The notes under the pieces are model-generated. The model had not been told where the DNA came from, did no database searches, and worked only from the letters and a program-made list of their open reading frames with translations. DNA of 64,000 bases. Source: a virus. Taxonomy: Duplodnaviria > Heunggongvirae > Uroviricota > Caudoviricetes. How positions within the stretch are numbered: position 1 is the first letter of the stretch; the number at the start of each line of letters is the position of its first letter. The translations under genes were made by a program, and so were the position numbers. The DNA lies in IMG/VR virus record IMGVR_UViG_2896028454_000001, positions 3,450 to 67,449 of that record; one strand, given 5' to 3'. This document shows, in pieces, positions 1-9,053 of the stretch.

Positions 1-117
1 GTACCGTCTGCGTCTGGACGACGGGGAGGCCGCCGGTTGGAGGTCGGTTCCCGCAGGGGAGTACGACCGGTGCCATGTCGGTGACCACTACCCGGACTGT
101 GCGCGGGACGGTGACTG

Positions 118-615
118 ATGAGTTGGGAGATCGTGCTCCCGGCCGGGTTGCCGATGATGAACGCCAACCACCGGCCACACCCGCTCCAGAAGGCCCGGGA
201 CACCGCGAAGGTGCGCACCGCCGCCCAGTACGCCGCTCTCTCCTCAGGGATGCCCCGCCTCGACCGGGCGTGGGTAATCGCGTACATCCACCCGAAGGCG
301 AACTACGCGAAGTGGGACCCGGGCAACTTCTACCCCATGGTCAAGGCGGCCTTGGACGGGGTGGTGGACGCGGGCCTGCTCGTGGACGACTCGCACGAGT
401 TCGTGTCCGGCCCGGACATGCGCCCGGCCCCGAAGGTCCCCAAGCTCGGCCAGTTGCGGTTGGTGTTCGCCGCCCCGTGGCGGTGCCGCTGTGGCCACGA
501 CGTGTTGGAGCACCTGGACGGCCCGTGCCACCGGCCGGCGTGCGGGTGCACCCAGTACCGGGAACCCGCTCCCACCCCGGGGGTTGGGGTGGCCGGGGTG
601 GGAGGTGCGGGGTGA
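118..615 (+). CDS. rusA: RusA-like Holliday junction resolvase
   Basis: Motif DPGNFYPMVKAALDGVVDAGLLVDDSHEF matches the RusA catalytic core (D.DN..K..DAL..AG...DD). N-terminus IVLPAGLPMMNANHR resembles RusA ITLPWPPSNNRYY. Confidence 0.7.
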   Translation: MSWEIVLPAGLPMMNANHRPHPLQKARDTAKVRTAAQYAALSSGMPRLDRAWVIAYIHPKANYAKWDPGNFYPMVKAALDGVVDAGLLVDDSHEFVSGPDMRPAPKVPKLGQLRLVFAAPWRCRCGHDVLEHLDGPCHRPACGCTQYREPAPTPGVGVAGVGGAG

Positions 616-896
616 GCAGCGTCCACACCACCCGGTTCGGGGAGTGCGCTTGCTGTGGGGTGGTGGGCCCGCTTACCTCCCGGGGCCTGTCCCGTTCCTG
701 CCACCGCCGGTACCAGCGGGTGGGGGAGCTGGGGGAGTGGCCGACCAGAGACGAGCTGATCGAGGAGGACATCCGCATGGTGGTCGCTACTGGGGTGTCG
801 TACCAGGTGGTAGCGGCCCGGTGTGGTGTGGCGGAGCGGACGGTGTTGCGGGTGGTGTCCCGGTGGGGGGCGGCGGGTTGGGAGGCCGCGGCGTGA
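612..896 (+). CDS. Small HTH-domain protein (hypothetical)
   Basis: GTG start overlaps the rusA stop (GTGA). C-terminal helix-turn-helix-like segment IEEDIRMVVATGVSYQVVAARCGVAERTVLRVV. Confidence 0.4.
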   Translation: MSSVHTTRFGECACCGVVGPLTSRGLSRSCHRRYQRVGELGEWPTRDELIEEDIRMVVATGVSYQVVAARCGVAERTVLRVVSRWGAAGWEAAA

Positions 897-898
897 AG

Positions 899-1159
899 TC
901 ATCCCTTGGTGACACGTCGGCCGGGGCCTCCGCGCTTCAGGGGTGGGATGCCACCGGCCTTTGCGATCGCTCGGATTTTGACGGGGCTCACGTCAGCGAG
1001 TTCGGCCAGTTCTTCGCGGTCTCGCGCGGGGTCCTGTTTGAGGAGTTCCAGGACGAGGTTGTCGATGTCGGTGCGGGCTTGGGCGGCGCCTTCGTCGTGG
1101 TGTTGGCGTCGTTTCACGGCTTCGCGGAGGGCGTCCACGGTGTTGGTGTCCTTTCGCAT
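899..1159 (-). CDS. Putative HTH transcriptional regulator (repressor or Cro-like), divergent from the early operon
   Basis: Minus-strand ORF with non-artefactual amino-acid composition. HTH-like ELAELADVSPVKIRAIAKAG. An AT-rich operator-containing region lies immediately upstream. Confidence 0.5.
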   Translation of the reverse strand: MRKDTNTVDALREAVKRRQHHDEGAAQARTDIDNLVLELLKQDPARDREELAELADVSPVKIRAIAKAGGIPPLKRGGPGRRVTKG

Positions 1160-1188
1160 GAGGGGAGTGTCCCACAGTCCTGATGGTA

Positions 1189-1239
1189 GCTTACGAAATC
1201 AAGTTTTGAAAGTGGATTGCGAAAGCTACTTTCGTAATC
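1189..1239. promoter_or_regulatory. Divergent promoter/operator region. Palindrome GATTGCGAAAG-cta-CTTTCGTAATC plus an extra half-site GCTTACGAAATC
   Basis: Read directly: an 11-bp inverted repeat with 3-bp spacer (one mismatch), plus an upstream half-site, in the only AT-rich stretch between the divergent genes 899..1159(-) and 1297..3009(+). Confidence 0.45.
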
Positions 1240-1296
1240 TAGTGTGGAGCCATCGGCAGGGCGCACCGCCCCGCCACCACCCGAAGGGACACCCCC

Positions 1297-3009
1297 ATGA
1301 CGCGCACCAACCCCCGCGACAACGACGACAACGAGCCCGTCAACTTCGAAGACGTCCAGATCGGCGACACCCTGACCTTCTGCAACCGCGACAACGGCTT
1401 CGGGGGCAGTGGTAACCGCATCAACCGCACCGGTGTCGTCACCGGCAAAACCGAAAAGACCGTCACCGTCAAGGTCACCGGCCATAACCCGCTCGCCGTG
1501 GGCGTGTTCACCCTCAACAGCCGGGGCCACGGCAAGGAGGTCACCTACGGCGCCACCGCCCGCCTGCGCGCCTCCACCTGGAACGACCGGCAGGTCCGCC
1601 GGGTCGAGGCCGAGCAGCCCGCCGACGAGCCGACCGCCGAGAGCTACGACGGCGAGTGGGGCGTCTTCAACGACGAGGGATGCACCTTCGTGGGCTCCCG
1701 CGCCGAGGCGGAGGCCCAGGCCGCCAAGGACCGCGCCGCAGATGACGGCCACTGGGCTGAGCTGATCAGCGTTCACCGGATCTGCCCCGACCACGAGGAG
1801 CAGCCCAAGGACGCGTGCGAGGAGTGCTTGACCTACGCCCAGGACGACGGAGCCGAGGAGGAGCCGGTGCACATGCGTGAGGGCAGCGGAACCCTGTGTG
1901 GCGAAACCGGCCCGGACACGGCAGGGACCGGTCACGTGAACTGCGAGGGGTGCCTGGACAAGCTCGCCGACGAGGCGGACCGTATCGCGCAGGGCATCAC
2001 CCTGTGCCCGGTGTACGACGTGCCGGACAGCGAGTGCGGGTGCTCCCTCCACGAGGACGCCGAGGAGTCCCCGGCGGAGGGCCGCGTCATCGCCCACCAG
2101 GGCACCGGTCGCGGCGTCGCCCCCGAGCACTCCGACAACCCCGCCGCCCGCGCCGCCATCGCTGTCCTGGCCGCCGCCGGGCTTTCCCTCGCCGATCTGC
2201 CCGAGACCTACGACCCTGACACCAGCACCGCGAACGGGTTCATGGTCGAGCCGCGCGACGGTGCCGAGGGTCCTGCGGGGGAGATGGTCTACGTCTACTA
2301 CCTGAACAACGGGCAGACCACCGACCCGTCTGGGGAGTTCCCCCGCGACGAGCTGCGCAACGCCCAGCGGGCACTTCGCGACGCCGGGTGGGGTGTGGAG
2401 CCGCGTATCTCCCGGTGCGTGCGGGCCTGCCAGGTTCACGAGGACCCGGCGCCGCAGCACGACCACAGCGTGGCGGAGGGAATCGTCCGCGCCGTTGAGC
2501 AGCGCAACGCCCCGGCGCCGCTGCCGAAGCGCACCCCTGGCGCCACCCGCATCCAAGACGCGGCCGACCGCCACCACGGAGTGGACCCCGACCGCGCCCG
2601 CAAGATCGCCGCCACGCTCGGCACCGCCGGATTCAACGCCCTCCAGTCCGCCGACGAGGACGGATACCTCACCGCCGGACACCCCGCGTCCCTGAAGGCG
2701 CTGGCCCGTGACGAACTGGTGGTGCAGGCCGAGCACCCGGCGGCCGGTGGTGGCCCACGCACGTACCGGATTACGGAACTGGGCCGTGTCGTGGCCCGCA
2801 TGAAGTCCGCCGCGCTGGCCGACCCCACCCCGGAGCCGAAGAAGCCCCGGGCGCACCGCATCCCCGTCAAGCACGCGGACACCCCGACCGGCCGCACCTA
2901 CACGGCCGCTTGCCGCGACTGCGACCACACCGTGGGCCCCTACGACATCCGCGCGATCGCGGAGGAGCGGGCCGCGTCGCACCGGTCCGCGACCGCACGC
3001 ACGACCTGA
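1297..3009 (+). CDS. Large hypothetical protein (570 aa) with several Cys clusters
   Basis: Long ORF with coding-like composition. CxxC-type clusters (CEECL, CEGCL, ECGC). No family recognised. Confidence 0.55.
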   Translation: MTRTNPRDNDDNEPVNFEDVQIGDTLTFCNRDNGFGGSGNRINRTGVVTGKTEKTVTVKVTGHNPLAVGVFTLNSRGHGKEVTYGATARLRASTWNDRQVRRVEAEQPADEPTAESYDGEWGVFNDEGCTFVGSRAEAEAQAAKDRAADDGHWAELISVHRICPDHEEQPKDACEECLTYAQDDGAEEEPVHMREGSGTLCGETGPDTAGTGHVNCEGCLDKLADEADRIAQGITLCPVYDVPDSECGCSLHEDAEESPAEGRVIAHQGTGRGVAPEHSDNPAARAAIAVLAAAGLSLADLPETYDPDTSTANGFMVEPRDGAEGPAGEMVYVYYLNNGQTTDPSGEFPRDELRNAQRALRDAGWGVEPRISRCVRACQVHEDPAPQHDHSVAEGIVRAVEQRNAPAPLPKRTPGATRIQDAADRHHGVDPDRARKIAATLGTAGFNALQSADEDGYLTAGHPASLKALARDELVVQAEHPAAGGGPRTYRITELGRVVARMKSAALADPTPEPKKPRAHRIPVKHADTPTGRTYTAACRDCDHTVGPYDIRAIAEERAASHRSATARTT

Positions 3010-3027
3010 CCCCCGCACACGACGGTA

Positions 3028-3058
3028 GGGCCGGTCTCAGGCGTAGAGAGACCGGCCC
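3028..3058 (+). terminator. Terminator-like hairpin GGGCCGGTCTC-N9-GAGACCGGCCC
   Basis: Perfect 11-bp inverted repeat immediately after the stop of 1297..3009. No U-tract, which is typical of high-GC terminators. Confidence 0.35.
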
Positions 3059-3094
3059 CACCACCCCCAACCTACCGAACTGAGAGGCCCCACC

Positions 3095-3697
3095 GTGTTC
3101 CGCACCTACAACCGACGCCCCGAAACCGTCGAGGGCATCAGCATCACCAACGACAACCTCACCCAGGCCGCCCAGTTCCTCACCGAACTCGGCTACGACG
3201 CCGCCCTGACCGAACCAAACAGCTACTTCAAGAAGCGGCACATCGTGGCGACCCTGCCCCGGAAGGGCGGCGGCCATAACACCCTCTACCTGTACAGCGG
3301 CCGGGTCCTCCTCCAGGACAGCGACAACACGTTCACGATCGCGAGCCAGGACGAGCACGACCACGAATACGCCCTGGCTGACCCCACCCCTGGGGCGAAC
3401 CCCGGGTTCGAGCACCTGCCCAAGGTCGCCGCCGCAGTCAAGATCCTCGCTGACGCCGGACACCAACCCGCACTCCTCGTGAGCCGGTACGGGGCGAACG
3501 ACCCGGCGCACAGCGTGACCCGGGGCGGGTTCCTGGTGCTGAGCTTCGCGCGCAAGCTCCTGATCCGCGCGGAGCAGGTGGACGACCCGGCCGCCCTGGT
3601 GGACGCCTACACGGCGGCGCTGGAGGCCGAGGGGTACACGGTCAAGCTCATCGACCGGTACCGGGTGCCGTACCTCGCGGTCACACCTCCCGAGTAA
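3095..3697 (+). CDS. Hypothetical protein (200 aa)
   Basis: ORF with balanced composition. GTG start after the terminator hairpin. Confidence 0.5.
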   Translation: MFRTYNRRPETVEGISITNDNLTQAAQFLTELGYDAALTEPNSYFKKRHIVATLPRKGGGHNTLYLYSGRVLLQDSDNTFTIASQDEHDHEYALADPTPGANPGFEHLPKVAAAVKILADAGHQPALLVSRYGANDPAHSVTRGGFLVLSFARKLLIRAEQVDDPAALVDAYTAALEAEGYTVKLIDRYRVPYLAVTPPE

Positions 3698-3822
3698 CCC
3701 CCGGGCCCCGGGGCGGAACCCACCCGCCCCGGGGCCACCCCACCACCCGCCCCAACTGCTGGGGTGCAACACCCCACCCCAGTTCACCGCGCACCCGCGC
3801 ACCCGCAGAAAGAAGTACCCCC

Positions 3823-4689
3823 ATGACCGACGCCCCGCTCGGAAAGAGCCGGAGCACCGAAACGAAGTACGCCCGTATCCCGCTGTGGCTCTTCGAGACT
3901 GGTGTGTCCCTCCAGGCCCTTGCCACCTACGCCTGGTTGCACGGCAAGTACGGGCACTTTGACCTGGTCATCCCCTCCTACAGGACACTCGCGAAGCAGC
4001 TCAAAGTCTCTCGCAGTTCGGTCATCGCCTACGTCAACGAGTTGCGCAATGTCGGCGCGATCGTCGCGATCGAGCGGTACAGCAACGGTGAGCGCACCAC
4101 GAACGAGTACGTCATCGCGTTCAACGAGCCGTTCACGGTGGTCAGCATTCCGACCACCTCTGACCAGGGTGGACCTGACGAAGGTGGTCAGGATATTGAT
4201 CAGGGGGGTCAGCCCGCTGACCCGGGTGGTCAGAATGCTGACCCGGGGTGGTCAGCCGGTTGTACTGCGGAAGAAGACGTAGTTGAAGAAGACGTAGTTA
4301 AGAAGACACCCAACAACCCGGCGTTGCCGGGTATGCCCCCCGACCCCGTCGAGCCTCCGAAGCCCGGCAGCGACGACGACCCCCAATGGGTGAAGTTCTG
4401 GGCCGCCTACCCCAACAAGGTCTCCAAGAAGCGAGCCCGCGCCTCGTTCGCCCAAGCGCTGAAGAAGGTCACCTTCGATGACCTCATGGTCGGCCTCCAC
4501 CGATACCTCACCGAGGACTACCGCCCTCTAGGCGGCTACGTGAAAGATCCTGCGGCGTGGCTGAACGGCGAGTGCTGGGCGGATGAGCCCCAACCTCCTC
4601 GCGGCGCCCCAAAGGCCGCTGGCGGCCCCTCCGCGGCTGTCCCCACTCACGACGACTGGAACACCGGAAAGGCCCAGGTCCAACTCTGA
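3823..4689 (+). CDS. Replication initiator-like protein with N-terminal winged-HTH; contains internal iterons
   Basis: N-terminal wHTH-like region (LAKQLKVSRSSVIAYVNELRNVGAIVAIER). Low-complexity linker encoded by the repeat DNA. Position directly upstream of the loader and helicase genes. Confidence 0.55.
   Translation: MTDAPLGKSRSTETKYARIPLWLFETGVSLQALATYAWLHGKYGHFDLVIPSYRTLAKQLKVSRSSVIAYVNELRNVGAIVAIERYSNGERTTNEYVIAFNEPFTVVSIPTTSDQGGPDEGGQDIDQGGQPADPGGQNADPGWSAGCTAEEDVVEEDVVKKTPNNPALPGMPPDPVEPPKPGSDDDPQWVKFWAAYPNKVSKKRARASFAQALKKVTFDDLMVGLHRYLTEDYRPLGGYVKDPAAWLNGECWADEPQPPRGAPKAAGGPSAAVPTHDDWNTGKAQVQL
4160..4256. repeat. Iteron cluster. At least 7 copies of GGTCAG/CTGACC (mostly as GGTGGTCAG) in about 100 bp inside the initiator gene
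   Basis: Read directly: GGTGGTCAG at about 4183, 4225, 4247; GGGGGTCAG at 4204; CTGACC at 4160, 4217, 4238. Confidence 0.5.
4273..4308. repeat. AT-richer tandem direct repeat GAAGAAGACGTAGTT x2 plus a partial copy (candidate DNA-unwinding element)
   Basis: Exact 15-bp tandem duplicate followed by AAGAAGAC, immediately 3' of the iterons. This is the lowest-GC stretch in the gene. Confidence 0.4.
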
Positions 4690-5276
4690 TGCACGACTAC
4701 GAACACGACCGCCGCGCCAAGCTCGCGGACTGGGAGAACACCAAGGCTGCAAACCGGCTCGCCCTCTGGGAGAACACCAAACAGCCCAAGGCGTTCGCCA
4801 AACCCGGCACCCTGCACCCCGACATCGCCGCCTGGTGCGACCGCTTCGCCGCAGGAGAGACCGGCAACCTCATCATCGCCGGGGGCATCGGTGTCGGGAA
4901 GACCTGGAACCTGTGGGCCATCGGCCGGTACCTGATCACCCGCCACCACTGGTTCGGCCGCATGGAAGTCGCGACCGCCTACGACTTCCACGTAGCCACC
5001 GAGGGGTTTAAAGCAGACCGAGACCAGCTCAACGTGTGGTCGTCCGCTCACCTGCTCGGCCTGGACGACGTCGGCGCCCAGACCGTGAACGAGCGGACAA
5101 AGGAGCACTACGCCGGGGTCATCAACACCCTGTCCGAGGACGAGCGACCGATCATCGCCACCACCAACGAGGAGAAGTTGGCCCCGTTCGTCGGCGACCG
5201 TGCCGCGTCCCGGCTCCGTGAAAACGCCACCTTCGTCACCATCACCGGATACGACCGCAGGAAGGCCCGCCAGTGA
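4689..5276 (+). CDS. DnaC/IstB-like AAA+ helicase loader
   Basis: Walker A GGIGVGKT and Walker B LLGLDDVG. Sits between the initiator and the DnaB-like helicase. Confidence 0.75.
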   Translation: MHDYEHDRRAKLADWENTKAANRLALWENTKQPKAFAKPGTLHPDIAAWCDRFAAGETGNLIIAGGIGVGKTWNLWAIGRYLITRHHWFGRMEVATAYDFHVATEGFKADRDQLNVWSSAHLLGLDDVGAQTVNERTKEHYAGVINTLSEDERPIIATTNEEKLAPFVGDRAASRLRENATFVTITGYDRRKARQ

Positions 5277-6607
5277 ACACCCCCACCGAGTTCCCGCACG
5301 ACATCCCCTCGGAGAAGGTCGTGCTGGGCCTGTGCCTGATCTCTAAACGCGCCCTGGAGGACGTGGCTGCCCACGGCCTGCTCCCGGAGGACTTCTACCG
5401 ACCTGCCCACCAGGCCATCTATGAGGCGGCCCGCCACCTGGTGGACATGGGCAAGCCGGTATCGGCGGAGTCGGTGAACGCCGAGCTGGCGCGCCGGGGC
5501 GAGTCGGTGGCGACCGGCGGCATCCTCACCCTGATCGAGTTGACAGAGAACACCCTGTCCCCGGCGACGGCCGTCTACTACGCCAACCTGGTCATCAACC
5601 AGGCCCGGCTACGGCGAGCCCTCCAAGGGGCCATCCGCGCCGCCCAGATCGCATCTGAGGGCCGCGGGGACGTCGATGAGCTGATCGGGATGATCGCCGC
5701 CGAGATGGAAGCGGCGACCGCCCCACGGGCCACCAACGACGACGAGTTCATGGCCCTCGGCGACATCATCCCCAACGTCGTGGACCTGCTGGAGAAACCC
5801 GACGAGGCCACCAACGCCGTCCCCCTGCCCTACGGAGACCTCGACGCCCTCACCGCAGGTCTCGAACCCGGGGAGGTCATGGTGGTGGCTGGCCGCCCCG
5901 GCACGGGTAAGACCACGTTCGCTCAGGACGCTGTCCGCCACGCCGCGATCCGCCACAACATCCCCTCCGTGTTCTTCAGCTTGGAGATGTCCAAGGAGGA
6001 GCTGACGCTGCGGGTCCTATGCGCCGAGTCGCGTGTGCCACTGCACACGATGAAGTCGCGCCTGCTGGACGAACCCGACTGGGAGCGCATCCGCGACGCC
6101 CGCAAACGCATCGCGGACGCCCCGCTGATGATCGACGCGAACCCGTACACCACCACCGCGCATATCCGCGCCCGCCTGCGTGGCATGGCCCGGCCCGCCC
6201 CCGGCAAGCCCGGCCCGGCCCGCCTCGTGGTCGTGGACTACCTCCAGCTGATGAAGCACCCCGGCCGGCCCGAAAACCGGCAGCAGGAAGTCTCCGACAT
6301 CTCGCGCGAGCTGAAGCTGATCGCGAAGGAGTTCGGGGTGGGCATCATCCTCCTGGCTCAGCTCAACCGCGGCCCCGAGCAGCGGCAGGACAAACGGCCG
6401 ATGGTGTCGGACCTGCGTGAGTCCGGCAGTGTGGAGCAGGACAGCGACATGGTCGTCCTGCTGTTCCGGGAGGACGTGTACGACAAGGAGTCGCCCCGGG
6501 CGGGGGAGCAGGACATCATCGTGGGCAAGCATCGGGGCGGCCCCACCGCTGAGGTGACCGTGGCGTTCCAGGGCCACTACTGCTGCGCTGTCGGGTTCGG
6601 TGACTGA
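5273..6607 (+). CDS. dnaB: DnaB-like replicative helicase
   Basis: N-terminal DnaB-type domain, Walker A GRPGTGKTTFAQD, VVVDYLQLM motif, RecA-like C-terminal domain (444 aa). Confidence 0.85.
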   Translation: MNTPTEFPHDIPSEKVVLGLCLISKRALEDVAAHGLLPEDFYRPAHQAIYEAARHLVDMGKPVSAESVNAELARRGESVATGGILTLIELTENTLSPATAVYYANLVINQARLRRALQGAIRAAQIASEGRGDVDELIGMIAAEMEAATAPRATNDDEFMALGDIIPNVVDLLEKPDEATNAVPLPYGDLDALTAGLEPGEVMVVAGRPGTGKTTFAQDAVRHAAIRHNIPSVFFSLEMSKEELTLRVLCAESRVPLHTMKSRLLDEPDWERIRDARKRIADAPLMIDANPYTTTAHIRARLRGMARPAPGKPGPARLVVVDYLQLMKHPGRPENRQQEVSDISRELKLIAKEFGVGIILLAQLNRGPEQRQDKRPMVSDLRESGSVEQDSDMVVLLFREDVYDKESPRAGEQDIIVGKHRGGPTAEVTVAFQGHYCCAVGFGD

Positions 6608-7416
6608 TGGCCGACCAGATCCCGCACGGCACCCCGTCCGGGTACTCGTACCACGGCTGCCGGTGCCGACCGTGCACAGACGCCCAGCTCAGGTACTGGA
6701 ACCGGCGTGAGTACATGATCCTCACCGGGCGGTGGAATCCGCACATCGCCACCGAGAAGGTGCGCGCCCACATCCTCACCCTGCGCGCCAAGGGCATCCC
6801 TGACCGGCGCATCGCAGAACTCGCCGATGTCGGGGCCACGTCGATCTACTACATCCTGCACCGCAACGGCGAGAAGACGTCCCGCCGGGTGGGTGAGGCG
6901 ATCCTGTCGGTCACCCACGACCCGGACCCGCCGCCGGAGAAGAAGGTTCCGGCGTGGGGCACCATCCGTCGCGCTCGGGCGCTCGCCGCGCTCGGGTGGT
7001 CCTCGGGTGAGATCGCTGAAGCCGCCGGGCTCACCCGGTCTGTGGTCCGCCACATCCTGCGTGGCCGCCCCCGGATGGTGCTGGCGGAAACGGCGACGGG
7101 CCTGGTCCGCGCGTACCGGAAGCTGGGCGGGGGCTTCGCCCCGGAGTCCCGAACCGCGAACCAGGTCCGAGATGAGGCGCGTGTGAAGGGGTGGCCGGCC
7201 CCGGCCGGGTGGGATGACCACTGGTTGGACCTGACCGAGGACGAGTTGGAGGCCGAGTTGGGGCGGGAGGTGGCGCGGATGGACATGGCGGAGCTGTCCC
7301 GGTGTTACAAGGCGTGGCGGGTGCGGGGGGAGTTGTCGCCGCTGGTGGTGGCCGCAGCGGCGGAGTACAACCGGCGTCGGGCGGATCAGGTACGGGCGCA
7401 GAGGGAGGCGGCGTGA
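6607..7416 (+). CDS. DNA-binding protein with an N-terminal Cys/His motif (GYSYHGCRCRPC) and HTH
   Basis: Motif GTPSGYSYHGCRCRPCTDAQLRYWNRREY. HTH-like IAELADVGATSIYYIL and IAEAAGLTRSVVRHIL. Confidence 0.5.
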   Translation: MADQIPHGTPSGYSYHGCRCRPCTDAQLRYWNRREYMILTGRWNPHIATEKVRAHILTLRAKGIPDRRIAELADVGATSIYYILHRNGEKTSRRVGEAILSVTHDPDPPPEKKVPAWGTIRRARALAALGWSSGEIAEAAGLTRSVVRHILRGRPRMVLAETATGLVRAYRKLGGGFAPESRTANQVRDEARVKGWPAPAGWDDHWLDLTEDELEAELGREVARMDMAELSRCYKAWRVRGELSPLVVAAAAEYNRRRADQVRAQREAA

Positions 7417-7793
7417 TGGCGCGGAGGGTGACAGGGCCGACGAAGGCCGTCCGGAACATGGTGTGGGAGCGGGACCGCGGGGCGTGCGCCTGGTGCGGCG
7501 GCCCGGTGGTGGAGGGGGACCACAGTCTCCAGCACCGGCGGGCGCGGGGGATGGGCGGCACCCGGAGGGCGGACGCGAACTCCCCGGCGAACCTGGTGTT
7601 GGTGCACGGGTCCGCGACGACGGGGTGTCATGGGCATATCGAAGCCCACCCGGGGGAGGCGGCTCGGCGGGGGTTTCGGCTCGGTCAGCTCGCGGACCCG
7701 GCGGACGTGCCGGTGTTGTACGCGGGGCGGGTGTGGGTCCGGTTGGATCATGCGGGGGGTTGGGTGGCTCAGAGTGGCGTACTGCCTGGGTAG
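7416..7793 (+). CDS. HNH endonuclease
   Basis: CAWCG...HSLQHRRARGMGG...NLVLVHG..CHGHIE matches the HNH core. Confidence 0.7.
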   Translation: MARRVTGPTKAVRNMVWERDRGACAWCGGPVVEGDHSLQHRRARGMGGTRRADANSPANLVLVHGSATTGCHGHIEAHPGEAARRGFRLGQLADPADVPVLYAGRVWVRLDHAGGWVAQSGVLPG

Positions 7794-7845
7794 ACAGGGG
7801 GGTACGTGAGAATCTGGCTGTGGTTTTCTATGTCCCAGTGCTGTA

Positions 7846-7869
7846 AATTCGTGTAAATTTACACGAATT
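7846..7869. promoter_or_regulatory. 24-bp perfect palindrome AATTCGTGTAAATTTACACGAATT (copy 1) upstream of ssb
   Basis: Read directly. A near-identical copy lies at about 21560. Followed by a conserved CTGATAGAGTGGGGGTACCCC segment and a GGAAGGGGAAACCTTCC hairpin. Confidence 0.5.
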
Positions 7870-7977
7870 CTGATAGAGTGGGGGTACCCCAACGGGAAGG
7901 GGAAACCTTCCCGGGGGACAGGGGGTGACCTGCGCAAACGGCGAATCAGGCACCCACGAGATAGAGAGGTTCCCCCT

Positions 7978-8502
7978 GTGGCAGGCGAAACCCAGATCAC
8001 CCTGGTCGGCAACCTGGTGGACGACCCGGAGCTTCGGTTCACCCCGGGCGGTCACGCCGTCGCGAACTTCCGTGTCGCGTCTACCCCCCGCACCTTCGAC
8101 CGGGACAAGGGCGAGTACGTGGACGGCGAGTCCATGTTCCTCACCTGCACCGTCTGGCGGCAGTACGCGGAGAACGTGGCCGAGTCCCTTCAGCGCGGTA
8201 TGCGCGTCGTCGTTCAGGGCCGCTTGAAGCAGCGGAACTACGAGAAGGACGGCCAGAAGCGGACCGTCTTCGAGATCGACGTGGACGAGGTCGGCCCGTC
8301 CCTGCGGTCCGCGACCGCGCAGGTGACGAAGAACCCGCGCGGCAACGGCAACGGGGGCGGCCAGCGCTCCCAGGGCGGCGGCTACGGCCAGCAGTCCGGC
8401 GGGTTCGGCGGTGGCCAGCAGCCCCCGACCCAGGACCCGTGGGCCGGTAACGGCGGCGGTCAGCCCAGCGGCGGTAGCTACTCGGACGAGCCCCCGTTCT
8501 AA
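7978..8502 (+). CDS. ssb: Single-stranded DNA-binding protein
   Basis: OB-fold N-terminus ([19 protein letters not shown]...), Gly/Gln-rich tail ending in the acidic DEPPF. Confidence 0.9.
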   Translation: MAGETQITLVGNLVDDPELRFTPGGHAVANFRVASTPRTFDRDKGEYVDGESMFLTCTVWRQYAENVAESLQRGMRVVVQGRLKQRNYEKDGQKRTVFEIDVDEVGPSLRSATAQVTKNPRGNGNGGGQRSQGGGYGQQSGGFGGGQQPPTQDPWAGNGGGQPSGGSYSDEPPF

Positions 8503-8508
8503 CGGCTT

Positions 8509-8542
8509 GGGGCGGGACCAATTGGCATAGCCCTCCCGCCCC
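8509..8542 (+). terminator. Terminator-like hairpin after ssb (GGGGCGGGA...TCCCGCCCC)
   Basis: 9-bp inverted repeat directly after the ssb stop. Confidence 0.3.
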
Positions 8543-8645
8543 GCCCGGGTGGGCGGTCACTCCCACACCGCCCACCCCCCGGCCGCCCCGGCCCCGCTCC
8601 CCGGGGCGGCCCCACCCCCACCCCTGCACCCTCCAGGAGAACCCC

Positions 8646-9050
8646 GTGAAGCACCCCAAGACCAAGGTCGTCGCCCGCCTCCGCCTCCTGGCCAAGCACG
8701 CCACCGAGCGCGCTGACCTGCGAGACAAGAAGCTCCACGAGGACCACTACGAAGCCCTGAACTGCCACCGTCAGGCCGCCCCGCAGGTGCGCGAACTCCT
8801 CACGGAGGCCGAGAACCTGTTGGCCGGGGAGCCCACCGCCGCCGACTTCGAGCAGGCCAAGGCCCTCATCCGCCGCGCCGAACGCGCGCTCAGCCTTCGC
8901 GAAATCCCGTCCCTCACTACCCACCGAGCCGACCGTGGCCGCGCCGAGGCGTTGGAGGCTGCCGCCTCTCTGCTGGAGGACTCCGAGGGCGACACCGTGA
9001 CCACGTCCGAGCTGGAGCGGTTCGGCATCCTCTCCTACCTGCGGGTGTAA
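8646..9050 (+). CDS. Hypothetical protein (134 aa)
   Basis: ORF with K/E-containing composition, GTG start. Confidence 0.5.
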   Translation: MKHPKTKVVARLRLLAKHATERADLRDKKLHEDHYEALNCHRQAAPQVRELLTEAENLLAGEPTAADFEQAKALIRRAERALSLREIPSLTTHRADRGRAEALEAAASLLEDSEGDTVTTSELERFGILSYLRV

Positions 9051-9053
9051 CCC

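Noticed and set aside
75-896. 273-aa ORF spanning the RusA gene in another frame
   Set aside because: Arg/Pro/Gly-rich composition. RusA motifs are in the 118..615 frame. Only the 612..896 tail was kept as a possible small HTH gene.
1114-3018. 634-aa minus-strand ORF antisense to the 570-aa + strand gene (with similar long antisense ORFs at 8499..10418, 20688..21380, 22075..23475, 22991..24826, 43097..45241, 60251..62110, 62328..63758)
   Set aside because: Their Gly/Arg/Pro/Ala-dominated low-complexity translations are the standard high-GC antisense artefact, and every one overlaps a + strand gene with good motifs.
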